This document shows positions 52,101-64,000 of a stretch of DNA of 64,000 nucleotides, one piece after another. Under the pieces are notes generated by a model. The model worked only from the letters and a program-made list of their open reading frames with translations, ran no database searches and was not told where the DNA came from. Made by a program: the position numbers and the translations under genes. Location of the stretch: assembly GCA_965644295.1 (NCBI GenBank), contig CBFFRP010000200.1, forward strand, positions 124,001 through 188,000, written 5' to 3'. How positions within the stretch are numbered: position 1 is the first letter of the stretch; every line of letters starts with the position of its first letter. This stretch comes from Paraphysomonas bandaiensis. Lineage: Eukaryota; Protista; Chrysophyceae.

Positions 52101-52577
52101 CCGAGCGCAGCTCCTAAAATTTCTAATAGCAGTAAACAGCCAGTGGTAAACCCCCATTCAAGTAATAGTGGCTCCAGAAATCATCCTTCTCACTCCACCG
52201 GGGTGTCAGGGAAAGATGTGTTGCTATGGGCCACAGTTATTTTGAGGGATTTTCAGCTTCGAGAGCTCTTGATCGAGTACTTGGCTTCAGTGATGCAAGG
52301 CCTAGTCGATAAAAACATCCTTCCTATGGACGATGACAATGCAAGGAATTCTATTTATTTAATACAGTTTAATATGCACTTTGAGCCCAGTTACCCCGTG
52401 TTGAATCAACACTTACTTCGCACATTGTTACCAAAGTTAATGCTAGAAAGTGTCTTGCACGATGGTGACAGAGAAGGTGTTCACAGTATTGTTGACACAA
52501 TATTGCAAGCTGTACCCTATGACAAAGATATTGTGACGGATATCATTACTAAGATGTACTCTGAGTTAGTCAAATAA
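49106..52577 (+). CDS. NELFB: NELF-B (COBRA1)-like protein with three inserted bromodomains (multi-exon; 3' end may extend further)
   Basis: Spliced N-terminal half has KAILELQDTFGL...ALPLLDLLEVSRASVYQTLFD, VPEKFLK, VRRQVW, DHCIRERTID. Three PMDL/M...F.AD..L...NC..(F/Y)(N/Y) bromodomains follow. The C-terminal part has VILRD...LVDKNILPMD...LLRTLLPKLM. Confidence 0.8.
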
Positions 52578-52653
52578 AAAATTTCTTTGTGCTTGTTAAT
52601 ATCATAACCTTTTCTTCTTATTATTCATATGAAGTGGCATTTTCACGAGTTTG

Positions 52654-52935
52654 TCTCCAGCCTGATTGGTAGAACGTTGCAATTAGCGGGAAACATATTC
52701 GAAATTGTAGTCTGTAAAATAGGCAGATGGTTGAAATAGTGTGCACGTCTCTAAAATTTAAAACTTTCTCTAGTTTAAGCGAGAATGCTGGTTTGTAAAT
52801 GCCGAAGCAATCATTGAGTCCAAATCTCCAGCCTGTGTAGTAGAACGTTGTAATTAGCGGGAAACATATTCGAAATGTAGTCTGTAAAATAGACAGATGG
52901 TTAAAATAGTGTGCACATCTTTAAAATTTAAACTT
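52654..52935 (+). repeat. Imperfect direct repeat, ~110 bp x2 (52654-52766, 52825-52935)
   Basis: TCTCCAGCCTG...GCGGGAAACATATTCGAAAT...AAAATTTAAACTT occurs twice. Confidence 0.85.
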
Positions 52936-52959
52936 CCGGGCAGTTCACCTCAAGGAATC

Positions 52960-53200
52960 AAGAATCCTGACGTTAGGATATGTCAAGTATATCAACATTC
53001 TGCTTGCTTACTGCGTTTGCTTTGAGTGATAGGGGAAAACTGGTTGTACCTTGGTGCTTGTGGTGACGCAGCGCACAAGCAGCTTTCGTAACGCTAAATA
53101 GTAGGATAACAGAGTTAAGCACTAGAATGAGTTAAATTTCAATGCTAAATTATTAGCTCTGAATCTTACACACGCCTATTACTAATAATCATACATTCAC
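52960..53200 (+). repeat. Dispersed repeat family copy
   Basis: Matches 28885-29070 (CCTGACGT...GCGTTTGCTTTGAGTGATAG...GGTGCTTG...AGAGTTAAGCAC). Confidence 0.78.
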
Positions 53201-53389
53201 TGCTACGTTATTATTCAAGTTATTTAAATACTGAATATTTTATTTGATAACGTAGTTGTGTTTTTATCACTTGTACTTATCTAGTCGGACGACATATAGT
53301 TCCTTGTGTCTTGTACTATAGGCTTAAATCAGGACAACCTACTTTTAATATTCATGGAAATATGTGGTAAACAGTAGTATGTGTTTACC

Positions 53390-54605
53390 TTCTCACCTGC
53401 ACACACCCGGACCTCACTCAAATACGTGAAGATGTTCACCAAGCACACCACAACAAGCTCGACAAACTTCGCACACGCACGCTCCCCCATCCCTGGTTTC
53501 ACACCGCCATAATCAAAAGCCGCATGGAATCCACACACAAACCCCAGGTTGAGCGCTACTGGACCGGCCACATTACTGCCACACAATTGGCCGACGCATT
53601 CGGACGCCACATAACCAGCCCCGAACATCAGTTCCACGTCCTCAAAAAATCCGTAACCTCTATTCTCCTTCCCCTATATGATGGAGGGCTTCGCATGCTT
53701 CGAAACAGAGGTCTCAGACATCACAACACAGACACGGCACCAGTAACACCGATTACGACCCCATCACACTCACAGCAACGCCAGTCCCAGGATACTCACC
53801 CGACACCGAAAACACTCCAGCTACTCCAAGCGACATCCACCCCAAGAATTCTATCCTCTGCAAGAGTCCAAACCCGAAGAGACAAGCGCCACCACTCCGG
53901 AAACAACTCCTCCTTACTTGTGGCCGAAATCCCACCTCGACAAGCAGCACCATCTCCACCACCGACTTACACTCTCATATACATCTAGCCCCAACCATCC
54001 CCCGTAAGACTCATGATACCGGCCCGCCAGACACACTGCCCAAAGGCAGACCCCCGACTAACCTCACTACAAGGGACGGTTGCACCATGGTGCTCGCAGC
54101 GATGCACATGCAGTCCCGAGACGGTTGCCCGCCACTAATATATAATAGTGAGCCCATGTACGCATTATACTTCTTATGAATGGATAAAACTTCTATGCAT
54201 ATATATATATGCCTTGGTGGGAGTAATATACGTGTCATCTGTGGTGATGTGGAATTAGCTTATGGTATTCTACTACAGTGCAGGCCCTAAAGTAGGTCGG
54301 ACTCGCACCTTGTTGTTGTGATGCACTGGGAAAAAATATACCGAAGATATTACCTTTATTGGAAAACTATTGTGTATTGCATTTTGTAAAGAGCAGAAAA
54401 TGTTTTGCTCGCACATTGCAGTGTACTGCAATCACTGAAATGATACTCTTAATAACTATGGAAAGAGTGTGTAGTTTCAATCACTAAACTTTGGTAAACA
54501 CATATAAGAATATCTGATTATTACATGAGAACGGATGTGTACAACAGAAACTAGTTTTGTATCTCTATAGACTAACTAATAACTGGACTTGCTATTTACG
54601 ACTTA
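53390..54605 (+). mobile_element. Third LINE 3'-end relic followed by dispersed repeat modules
   Basis: PQVERYWTGHITATQLADAFG is homologous to the two minus-strand relics; repeat modules at 54075-54135, 54290-54345 and 54505-54603. Confidence 0.68.
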
Positions 54606-55628
54606 ACGGCTATTGGAGTAAATTAGTTAGTAGATCAGGTTGAGTACGAATGGCAAGACACAATAATACTGATCCGATAACACACACTGCTTTTGCTCTA
54701 CTAAAGTTTTTGGCACAACTAAATCTAGTCAACTGGCAACTGCAGTAAGAGAATACTTTTAATAGTATAGAAAGATAAAAGTGTTAGCTTATAGCTAAGA
54801 AAATAGTGTTAGAATAGTTTCGTATGTTTTATATATTATAATACTTGGGTACAAGAACATGCTCGATTCTCCCGTAGTCGAAGTTCATTTATTTTTAGAG
54901 ATTCGTGTAGAAATGGTCAAAACTAAGGAGAAGATGATGAAAAACCATAAATGAAAGATAAGAAGATGTCACACGGCTGCCAAGATGAAGATCAAGCAAC
55001 AAGATGCGACCCAGGATATTCCTCTGTCATCTTCATAACCTGTGGTAACCCCGTGGCGTTAAACTAATGCTCATCTAAGCACTGTCCAGATACGTTATGG
55101 TACTTTAGAATACTTGCGCACATTGCTACTATTGCGATGGCATATACAATGCTGTTACTGATGTCATGAGGCTTCTCTATGTGTGCTTCGGACTTGCGTG
55201 TCTCATGCACGGCCTACAACTGGGCTTCTAGCTTTACAATGCTAATGATTGGACATGCCAATACATACTGGCACCATGGTTATGATGGGGTAGTGGCTTT
55301 ATGACCTCTCTGAAAGGATAACTATGGGGAAGCGGCTAATATGGTATTGTATCGTTTGCTACTATTTGTAACTAACAATTTTAGTAGAGGTCATACTTTA
55401 GACTTCATCAGAAATGAAAATACAGGTAGATATTTATATTGCTCAATTCAAGATTGTTATGTCAACAAACCATACTACTACTGTACAGTACAATGTTCAT
55501 TAGGTTATCAACGGAGCTATATACGACTATTTTTTACCCTATTTATATTTTTCAAGCTGAGCTGATTGTATATATATCATTCTCTGTGCATGGCATTCGT
55601 TAACCGACCTAAGAAATTAAATTGTCCC

Positions 55629-56347
55629 TTATATATATGCCGAAAAAGCGCTCATTGCTACATCAACTGGAGCAGTTGTAAATATCGTTGCAGGGTATAC
55701 GGCCTAAAGATATATCAATACATATTACCATCCACAGTAGAAGCAAATACCGACTCCCAGTGTGGATGCAATAAAATTTTGCAGCAACCCGCATCCATAA
55801 CACTACATGATACAATGAGTTCGTGAAAATGAGTACTTATCCAGATACCGATACTTCAATATCATTTGGGCTCCTTCAACTTCATTGTAGGTTCTATTAG
55901 GGTTTGGATCATTCATCTGGATATTAGCAGCATCAGAGTTTCAGATGGAGCAAGCGCGCAACAACTCACCGCAAGTCCCGAACACGGATCAATGAAGTCA
56001 GCCCAGTGTCCAAGTGCGGTTAGTTTGCAACAAACTTCCCGTGCAAAATCTACAAACTGTATTCCAAATCATTATTACTCCTCATCCTGCACACAACACA
56101 CAGAGACGACCTCTTGAAGCAATCTATCCTTCTCAGCTTCAACACTATCACTAATACCAACAAGATCTACTGTTGCCTTTTGCATTGTTGGTATCACTAA
56201 CATCTGCTTGAGGTCAATGTCTCCGGGAAATACATGCTTCAAATCCACTTTAAGAGCTTTTGGACAGCGATGGACTGAAAACTGAAAGCTTTCATTGCCA
56301 CGACGAAAAGATGGGCATAAGATAGTGTTTTCAATATTCGAATTCAT
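55629..56347 (-). CDS. MMADHC: Cobalamin trafficking protein CblD/MMADHC-like (multi-exon)
   Basis: SVHRCPKALKVDLKHVFP, EAEKDRLL, GHWADFIDPCSGL, GCCKILLHPHW, YPATIFTTAP. Confidence 0.85.
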
Positions 56348-56757
56348 GTTATGAATGATGTAAAACTATCACTGAGTCAGGATTGTATCATGCAAGACCA
56401 TAGCAGACTAACACTGTATTGATATTGTGACTGGTCATCACAAGATGGGCTTTTTTAGCACATAGAATTCACAACATACCTAAATATCCGGATATTCTGA
56501 GTAATATTCTGAAAAAAAAAGAAATTTTATATAAACTGGCTGCTGTATATATAGTTGTAGGTACAGACATGCGTACACACAGTTGTCTATACAGAGTATG
56601 TGTGTGTGTGTATATATACATGTATATACACATTCAGTTAACTTGGATACGTTTATAGCCTTGTTGAGGTGAAGTCTGTTAGTCTCATATTCTAATATCG
56701 AGTAAAGGAATATTCATCTTCATACATCATTCTTGATTGACGGGGTAGTAGTTTATA

Positions 56758-59700
56758 ATGGATCTAGCTCCATTAGTTCGATTGAAGGAGAGTCTGGAGA
56801 CAGCCCACAACAACACCTCATCAATGCTGTGGAAGCTACGAGACTTTGAAAGTAGATTAGCAAGCCTCGATAAGAAGATGCTTCCTATTCAAAACGTATG
56901 TTATTTCTCTTATTGTTAATAGATGTGTGGGTTCACTGACTCTGTGTGTGTGTGTGTGTATTAGAGCACATCCAAACTATCGACTGCTAAAACGAACATC
57001 GGATTGACTTTCATCGAAATTGAAAAAACAAACGAATATTTCCGACTAGCTAGTGAAAACAGTAGTATTATTACTAAAGGCTTGCGAGGAAACAGTGAGA
57101 ATTTTTTCGAGGTACTATGAATGTAGATTCCAAGGAGCGCGAATTCATGTGTATTCATAGGCTGTAGAGAGGATCACAATTGCGAAGCGATATTTTGACT
57201 CACATAGAGATATGAAATCGTCGGCTGCCGCTCTGACGAGTATCGATGGCATGATAAAGGTAGGTTTATGGTTAACTCCCCTGCATATAACACTACTGCT
57301 GATGATATAGAGAGCGATGGCACATTGTATTGAGGAGGCGGACAGGGCATACCGAACATGTGGCCGATGTTATCGGATTAAGGATGGAGAATATGTTGTA
57401 AGTGACTATGCTGCACTGTACATTTGTATAATTGCTTGAAAATATTTAGGCTCTTAACCCTATGTCTGAAGAGATTGCTGCTAGCGTCAAAGCTATATGT
57501 GATTGTTTGGGTAGGTGATTGTGTTCAACTGTGTGATTTTCTTGTTTCACTGGCACGGTTGCATGTACATAGAGACTCATAATGTGAGTACTCACTTAAA
57601 CATGTATCTTACCCAGAGGACGGCGATAATAAAATCTGAACTAAAGGTACGATTATCATGAATTGAGGTTTGTATTTTTTCACTGGCCTCCAGAACTTTG
57701 AGGAGCAATCGACAGGAGGTGGTATGGGCCAGTCCAGCACTACGGGTGGCAATATTATCCCTCTTCTAGAATTCATTACTGATGGGAGTGTACTCTACAC
57801 CAAAGGAAACTTTTTCTTTCCTAAATACTACTCCGTGGCTTTCACAATGCTCAGGTAACACGCTCTTCAACTTTGTCTACATTTGGCGTGTGTGAATCAT
57901 AGTACAGGGGCGAACTGATGCTGTGGAGCACTTCCCTTTCCGGGCATTCGCCTGAGGTAAGTGAATCTTGCGAGCATCCCTTTGATATGAACGGCCTTTT
58001 TGTTACAGTCATCGGCTGTTTTTACCTCCATCTGTGAAGTAGTTATCTCTGAGCTCGAACGGGTGACAGCACCATATCTTCTCCCGACAACTGGATTACA
58101 GGGAACTGGTAGCAGCAAGAAAAAATCTGGGCCAGTGGTTATGCAACAGAAGGTATGTTATGTCCTTTTCTTCTGGTGTTGTCATTAACAACATTGTAGA
58201 ATAACATGTTTCTTATTCGAATGGACTTGCTGGATGTGTTTTTGTCCAGATTCCTCGAGTTTAGGTACGGTACACAGCTCAATATTTTGACAACACCATC
58301 ACAAGCAATGCAGAGACCTTTGTACACCTGATGACGATAACATTTCACCGCAAAAGACAATTACAAATTCTGCTGTCGCTGCCCTCTACAGTTTCCGTGA
58401 TAACATGGCACGATCGGCTGTAGCTGCTCTGGATGAAGTGCTGAAGGTGTTCTTACCATTTACTGAAACCAGTATGATTCATTTTTTTACAGGCAATTCG
58501 CCTGACCCAAGCCACCGCACAATCATCTGGATCGTCTGCATCCCCACCAATGCATGAGTCTTGTGACTTACATCCTATTTCCGGTTACGTGTTGTGCTTC
58601 TGCAAAGAAGTTGTCGCATTTGAGAACGTCTACCAAGACTTACTTGAAATTGCCGTTAAGTAATTGGGCTTACCGTCAAACTCTGTTGTGAACTATGTCC
58701 ATAGGCTGAAATTAGCTGTCCAATATCACATTTACCACCATCAACTGTTGGACTGGAGTCCTTCGTACTTGATGGGCTAATTATGAGACTTCAGGTATTT
58801 CAGTATTTCCGTTGATTTTTATCATCATTTATCGTACTGTAGGAGAGGAACAAGGGAACATTTGAGAGTTCTCCCAGCGCAGGCTCTGTGAAATCGACTG
58901 GGGCTATTTCGGTGAGTAATAGAGTGACAAAAAGCTTTGTATTAATTATTTACTGCAATAGACTGATGTCGCAGCTGACTTACGTACCGCCAAACGTCAT
59001 ATTTTTATGCTGAATAACATGGACGTGGTCGCTATTCATCTTAGGGGGCGTATAAGTGCTCTACATCCACAGACTGGAGGACGAAAAGAGGTAGTTTTGT
59101 GTATAGCTAGATGTTAATTAACAAGTGTGTAGGGTCGAGTGTCAGTACTGAAGAATTTTTCGATTGTTGGAGGAAAGGCAGGAATAACGTCGAATACAGG
59201 GGGAGGCGACCCGTATTCCCCCAGTGCTATGCTCACATCACTCTATCATAACATTGAAGGAAGGTCGTTTTTGCAAACGGAATTGAATTTTGTATTATAA
59301 TATTTCTCCTTAGGATTCAGAGTGAACTCAATGAGCTCTGCAGTTTGATTTCGTCGCTACTTTTGAACTGTACATCTCTTGTAAGAAGTTTCCAGCGCGC
59401 TTCTTAAAAAATTAACATTGTTATTAAGGATGCGGCAGAAGAAGCAGCTGCCTTGAGGTCGTCGAGTGCATTTAGCTTTTCAAATTCAATGAAAAGTAAT
59501 ACTGATCTTGTGTTAGCGAAAAAATTGAAAGTGTGCTTTGGGGTATGCAATCATATTATTTCCTGTAATCTCTTGATGTACATATGTTGTAGACATTCAA
59601 TGATATTATGGACACGTTGATAGGTATGCATGATCAGTGGAGAATATCATCAAGTGAACTGCGAGACCGTGTCCACACACAGCTGAATTTGCAAATAATG

Positions 59701-59823
59701 GATGCATATACAGAATTTTATTCGACTTATAGCAGTGTCCAGTTTTCCAAGAAGAACAAAGATTCATATTTGCGATATCCTCCTCAAGAAGTGGAGAACC
59801 AGATATCTGAATTATTTACTTAG
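56758..59823 (+). CDS. EXO70: Exocyst subunit Exo70 (many short exons)
   Basis: N-terminal coiled coil (L.DFESRLASLDKKMLPI...AKTNI). C-terminus FNDIMD...W.IS..ELRD...Y..FY..Y....FSKKN...YLRY......I.ELF. Confidence 0.87.
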
Positions 59824-61288
59824 CGTTTCAGGGCATGCTCGGTTTCTGTGTTATTTCTATGCAATATCGTTTGTGATAGTACTACTGTAAGAAGATAAAT
59901 GCCGTTTCTATGACTTGTCTTGTGCACATGATTTGTGAGCCTGTTGTGAGCAAAGGATTTATAGGGATAGTCATGCCTAGGGTGACTCTGTTTTCACTGA
60001 AATGGTTCTCAAGTATTCAAGTTGTCAAGTACATGTAGCACTCGCGCCATTCCGTTTCCTAAATATATCTGAGAACTGTAGTGAGTGATCACCAGAATTG
60101 CGAATGTACTACACATTAAGAATCGCTTCACGTAACAATTTACATCATATGTGATACCATTATAAAACGAATACATAGTACAACCCTTCAAGCTAACAAG
60201 ACACTGTATGGCTCGACCTATTGCTTCTTACTTCTTATGATTTCGTTGTGTTGCATTTGCTGGTCTTACACTACATACTTGAAAACTATTACTATATAAA
60301 GTGTTTACTGCAGTTACTACATCGTCATTCAGTGATGTGATATATACACATCTCGCAAGATAATGTGAGCAACAGTAGCATCAGTCGAGTGAAGACACCA
60401 GTAGTACAATTCCGACAAAACCAAGTAAAAATGTTTTCAATTGGTTCAGCGTTTATTAACAATTAATAGTATCACAATGCGACATCACTGCTTTTATATG
60501 AAATAGTGTAGTCGTCACGACGGCAGTACAGTTAGCACTGATACCGCAGTAAGAATGGAGTACTCACTGTATGAGGACAGACGTCAGTCAGTATCAGCCG
60601 TATGTGCTCCCATTACACACATATATATAGCTTAAATGCTATGGGGGGATGCCGACGTGCTTAGCCACAATCGTCACCACAGAGCATCCTCTATTTTCCT
60701 TCAGAGAGTCATTATCTGTTGCTTGCCCCACCACGGAACAATGATGCTGTTGTCTTTGTTGCTGTTTATGATGTGGACACCGCCTCTGATCAATACACGC
60801 ATCACGGCTACTGCTGTTCACAACAGCTATATATTGGAGGTTTTCTGCTGTATATTGTTTTTAACAAGGATACTTTCGTGTAATATCCTGGATTTTTAGG
60901 CCTCTTTTATATACTGTAAAGTACAGTGAAATAATACATTCATCACATGCCAAAATACCGTGTTTTTAGCAAATTCTTGTGAAATACATGAAAAATCATC
61001 ATTTTGTAGTAGAGTGTGAGTGCGAGTGGTACAGCAGTAGCTAGCTCTCAAGTCACCCGCCCCCAGACAGCAGAGCAGAGCATATATATGAAGGAATTAG
61101 AGGACAAGTTGTTGAATATAGAAGCAAGTGGCCTCTGATTTTCCCTTACTCATTGCACGGTTGCTGTGAGTTATCTTATCCTTTAGAGGTGCTGTGACAG
61201 GTATCGTCTATAGCATAGCATATATATACATACATAACATACGGGACACTGTCACTGTGTCTGTTCCTCCTCCGCTCATATATACACA

Positions 61289-62522
61289 ATGAATTTAAAT
61301 ATCAGGTAAGAGAACAGTATGAACACTGTATTATGGACACTGTACTCCTGACTCACATCTTATTATTATCAGTGACTCTGTGTGGTATATATTCATCCTG
61401 TTCATCATGTGGGCTGCGTTGCGATATATATTTATGGGCTTCTCTCTACTTGTCAAAAAGTTTACTGAACCCTTAAACCAGTCCGTGATTGTTAACTTGA
61501 ATGGTGTGTACTATCCTGTTTCATATTGGACAGAGAAAGGAGGACGTCCGTATCAGGTACATTTATTTTTTGAATTGGTGTCATTATGAAGAAATTGTAT
61601 ACTGCAGGAAGACAGGTACGATGTGTTGAAGGGGCGGGGTGCTGACGATAGTTCTCTGTATGGTGTATTTGATGGGCATGGTGGAGACAGAGCAGCACAG
61701 TACTGCAAGTCGCATATGTTAAGTGCAATACTTGCTGACGAGATGTTCGAGTCTAACCCTGCCGAGGCAATGACGAAATGCTTTCATAGGTAGGTCAGGT
61801 CCCCTATAAATATAGATTGGTCACGTGGCTTTGTAGAATTGATAGAGAGTTTATGGATGTTTGTAAGAGCTGGGGGTACACGGATGGTACTACGGCTGTG
61901 GTGGCTCTGATAAGCAATAGACACATTGTGGTAGCTAATGCTGGTGACTCCCGTTGCATGGTGGTACAGAAGGGCGGACAGGCACACGCACTCTCTGTTG
62001 ACCACAAACCATCACGGTATAACTGATGCGCTCCTTATTTTTTTGACGTATCTTCGTAGGGAGGATGAAGAGCAACGTATTAGAGACTTAGGAGGTAAAG
62101 TTATATTCTGGGGTCGGTGGAGAGTAGAAGGTGTGCTTGCCGTTTCTCGAGCCATAGGAGATATCAAGCTGAAACCGTATGTCACTTGTGATCCCGAAAT
62201 TCAGACAAAAGAGATTACAGACGACGATTTATATATGGTACTCGCATCCGACGGGCTATGGGATGTAATGACAAACGAGGAAGTCGCCTCCTTTGTAGTC
62301 AGGTGTGATGTGCCATATTTAGCTCTGTTGTTTTAATTACGTCGAGCAGAAACTGCCAGCGGCAGGAATTTAAGCATATTGCAAGAGATCTTTGCTACGA
62401 AGCCACTCTTCTCGGCTCTACAGATAACGTCACGGTACAAGTAGTAGATTTGAGGTAAGTTGTATGAGTTGAATTTGAAAAACTTGACATCTATATATAG
62501 AAGGAAAGTCAGCGCTACGTAG
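61289..62522 (+). CDS. PP2C/PPM protein phosphatase with N-terminal TM anchor (multi-exon)
   Basis: [53 protein letters not shown]. Confidence 0.93.
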
Positions 62523-62611
62523 CACTGTGAATGTTTTATAGATTTTTTTACATAGATAGTGCAGCATAAGGAAAGTGTCATAACCAAGTAATTAGTTCTC
62601 TGTATCTTTCA

Positions 62612-63002
62612 TTGAAGTATAAACTTCGCTTCCGTAGTTTCTCTATTGCATACGCACGACGTATCTTGAATGAATGGATATCACATCACATGCATGCATA
62701 TCCACACACTTAGTACAATGTATCGACATGTTACACCTGTAATCTCTAATCATTATGTGTTGACAAGTTGAACTACAAAGTATTGACTTGGTGAATTGAG
62801 AATAATCATTATGTGTTGACAAGTTGAACTACAAAGTATTGACTTGGTGAATTGAGAATAATGATTAGAGATTACAGGTGTAACATGTCGATACATTGTA
62901 CTAAGTGTGTGGATATGCATGCATGTGATGTGATATCCATTCATTCAAGATACGTCGTGCGTATGCAATAGAGAAACTACGGAAGCGAAGTTTATACTTC
63001 AA
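62612..63002. repeat. 145-bp perfect inverted repeat with a 101-nt loop containing a 56-nt tandem duplication
   Basis: Arms 62612-62756 and 62858-63002 are reverse complements; GTGTTGACAAG... starts at both 62757 and 62813. Confidence 0.93.
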
Positions 63003-63415
63003 CTCATTCCTTAGCAAAATATGACTGAGATATACTTGACATTTCCACAACATGTCAAGTAATAAAGTAACAGCTTTGCAGAAAATTAAAGTGTATTTCA
63101 TTGTTAAGAATATAAAAATATTACAAATATACTGTGAGAAAGTAATTACAGAAGAACCGATATAGCATACCATTGCCTCATTTACAATCAAGTAGACAGT
63201 AAAAGAGCCAAAAGATTCAAAGCATATTTTTATACAAACCTGAATTTTGTGAGCGCATTGAATTTTGAATTCAGTGAATCTAATTTGAGGTATTTTGGGA
63301 TAGAGAAATTAATTATTCTAAATAGTTGATGTAACTACCTCTTCATGTGGATGACAAACCTCGTAAAAATTAATAAAACGTTGCGTTTAGTATCACGATA
63401 TTCCCTCATCATATT

Positions 63416-63780
63416 AGTGAATGTCTGATTATTAGCAATAGGTGTAAGGGTTCGAGCTAATAATTTAGCATTGAAATTAAGAACAGAGAGCGAAAGTGGT
63501 CGCACCTTGGTGCTTGCGATGACGCACAAGCAGCTTTTGTAGCGCCAAATAGTAGGATATATATCAGAGCTAAGCACTGGTTAGTTATTAAATTGTTTTT
63601 CTACACTAGTTCTGACTCTCACACGAATATAGCTAATAATCAGGCATTCACTACACAAGTATTTGGCTACGATTGGGCAGACTATATATGCGGCATATGT
63701 TAGTTTCTTGGAGAAATATCTCCGGTACTTATCCCCCAGAACACCACGAAAAGGTGGGAGTCCGACATTGTTGAGAGTCC
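63416..63780. repeat. Rearranged copy of the dispersed repeat family
   Basis: Hairpin module at ~63495-63540 is flanked by an inverted pair of tail sequences (~63416-63441 and ~63628-63653), followed by an inverted upstream module. Confidence 0.72.
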
Positions 63781-64000
63781 GTCATCATAACATCTACCTC
63801 TATCGAAAAGTAATTAACGATTGCCGGCAACGTATACAAGCAACACCTTAAATGATTAGGTACTCTTTTTCAATTAGTTCTAGTAAAGTTCTACACCTCA
63901 TCATCATCCTACCCCACAATGAGGCGCACTACAATAGAATCTTACATTTTACTGCTACAACCTCATTAATCAAAAACAATGCTACAATATAATAAGTATA

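Noticed and set aside
30187-52577. EAF-like and NELF-B-like genes as a Pol II elongation gene cluster
   Set aside because: They are ~18 kb apart with unrelated genes between, and nothing beyond coincidence links them.
62757-62860. CRISPR-like repeat in the hairpin loop
   Set aside because: Two abutting identical units with no spacer, no cas genes, and a eukaryotic context.

Overview
Eukaryotic nuclear DNA with very short GT-AG introns (mostly ~40-70 nt). It is probably from a stramenopile; this is an inference from the ODCase-OPRTase order of UMP synthase and the gene content. There are about 17 host genes: bestrophin, MGMT (missed by the ORF track), CDC48, a D/D-GAF-GAF protein, Rab5/22, UMPS, a probable pseudo-ATPase, an MBL hydrolase, a CS-domain protein, an EAF-like protein, a NIN-like-GAF/WRKY19-type Zn-finger protein, RsmH/METTL15, a helical-repeat protein, a NELF-B-like protein, MMADHC, Exo70 and PP2C. 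Most are arranged as tight head-to-head pairs separated by repeat-rich islands. Mobile DNA includes a recent Ty1/copia element nested in a MITE (an empty sister copy lies nearby), three relics of an RNase H-bearing LINE, and a mosaic dispersed repeat family. There are two intron-containing tRNA-Tyr(GTA) genes, one inside an inverted copy of an entire bidirectional promoter. The most striking candidate is a NELF-B (COBRA1) homolog whose conserved domain is split by an insertion of three tandem bromodomains, which could couple Pol II pausing directly to acetyl-lysine reading. All family assignments come from motif recognition by eye, not database searches.
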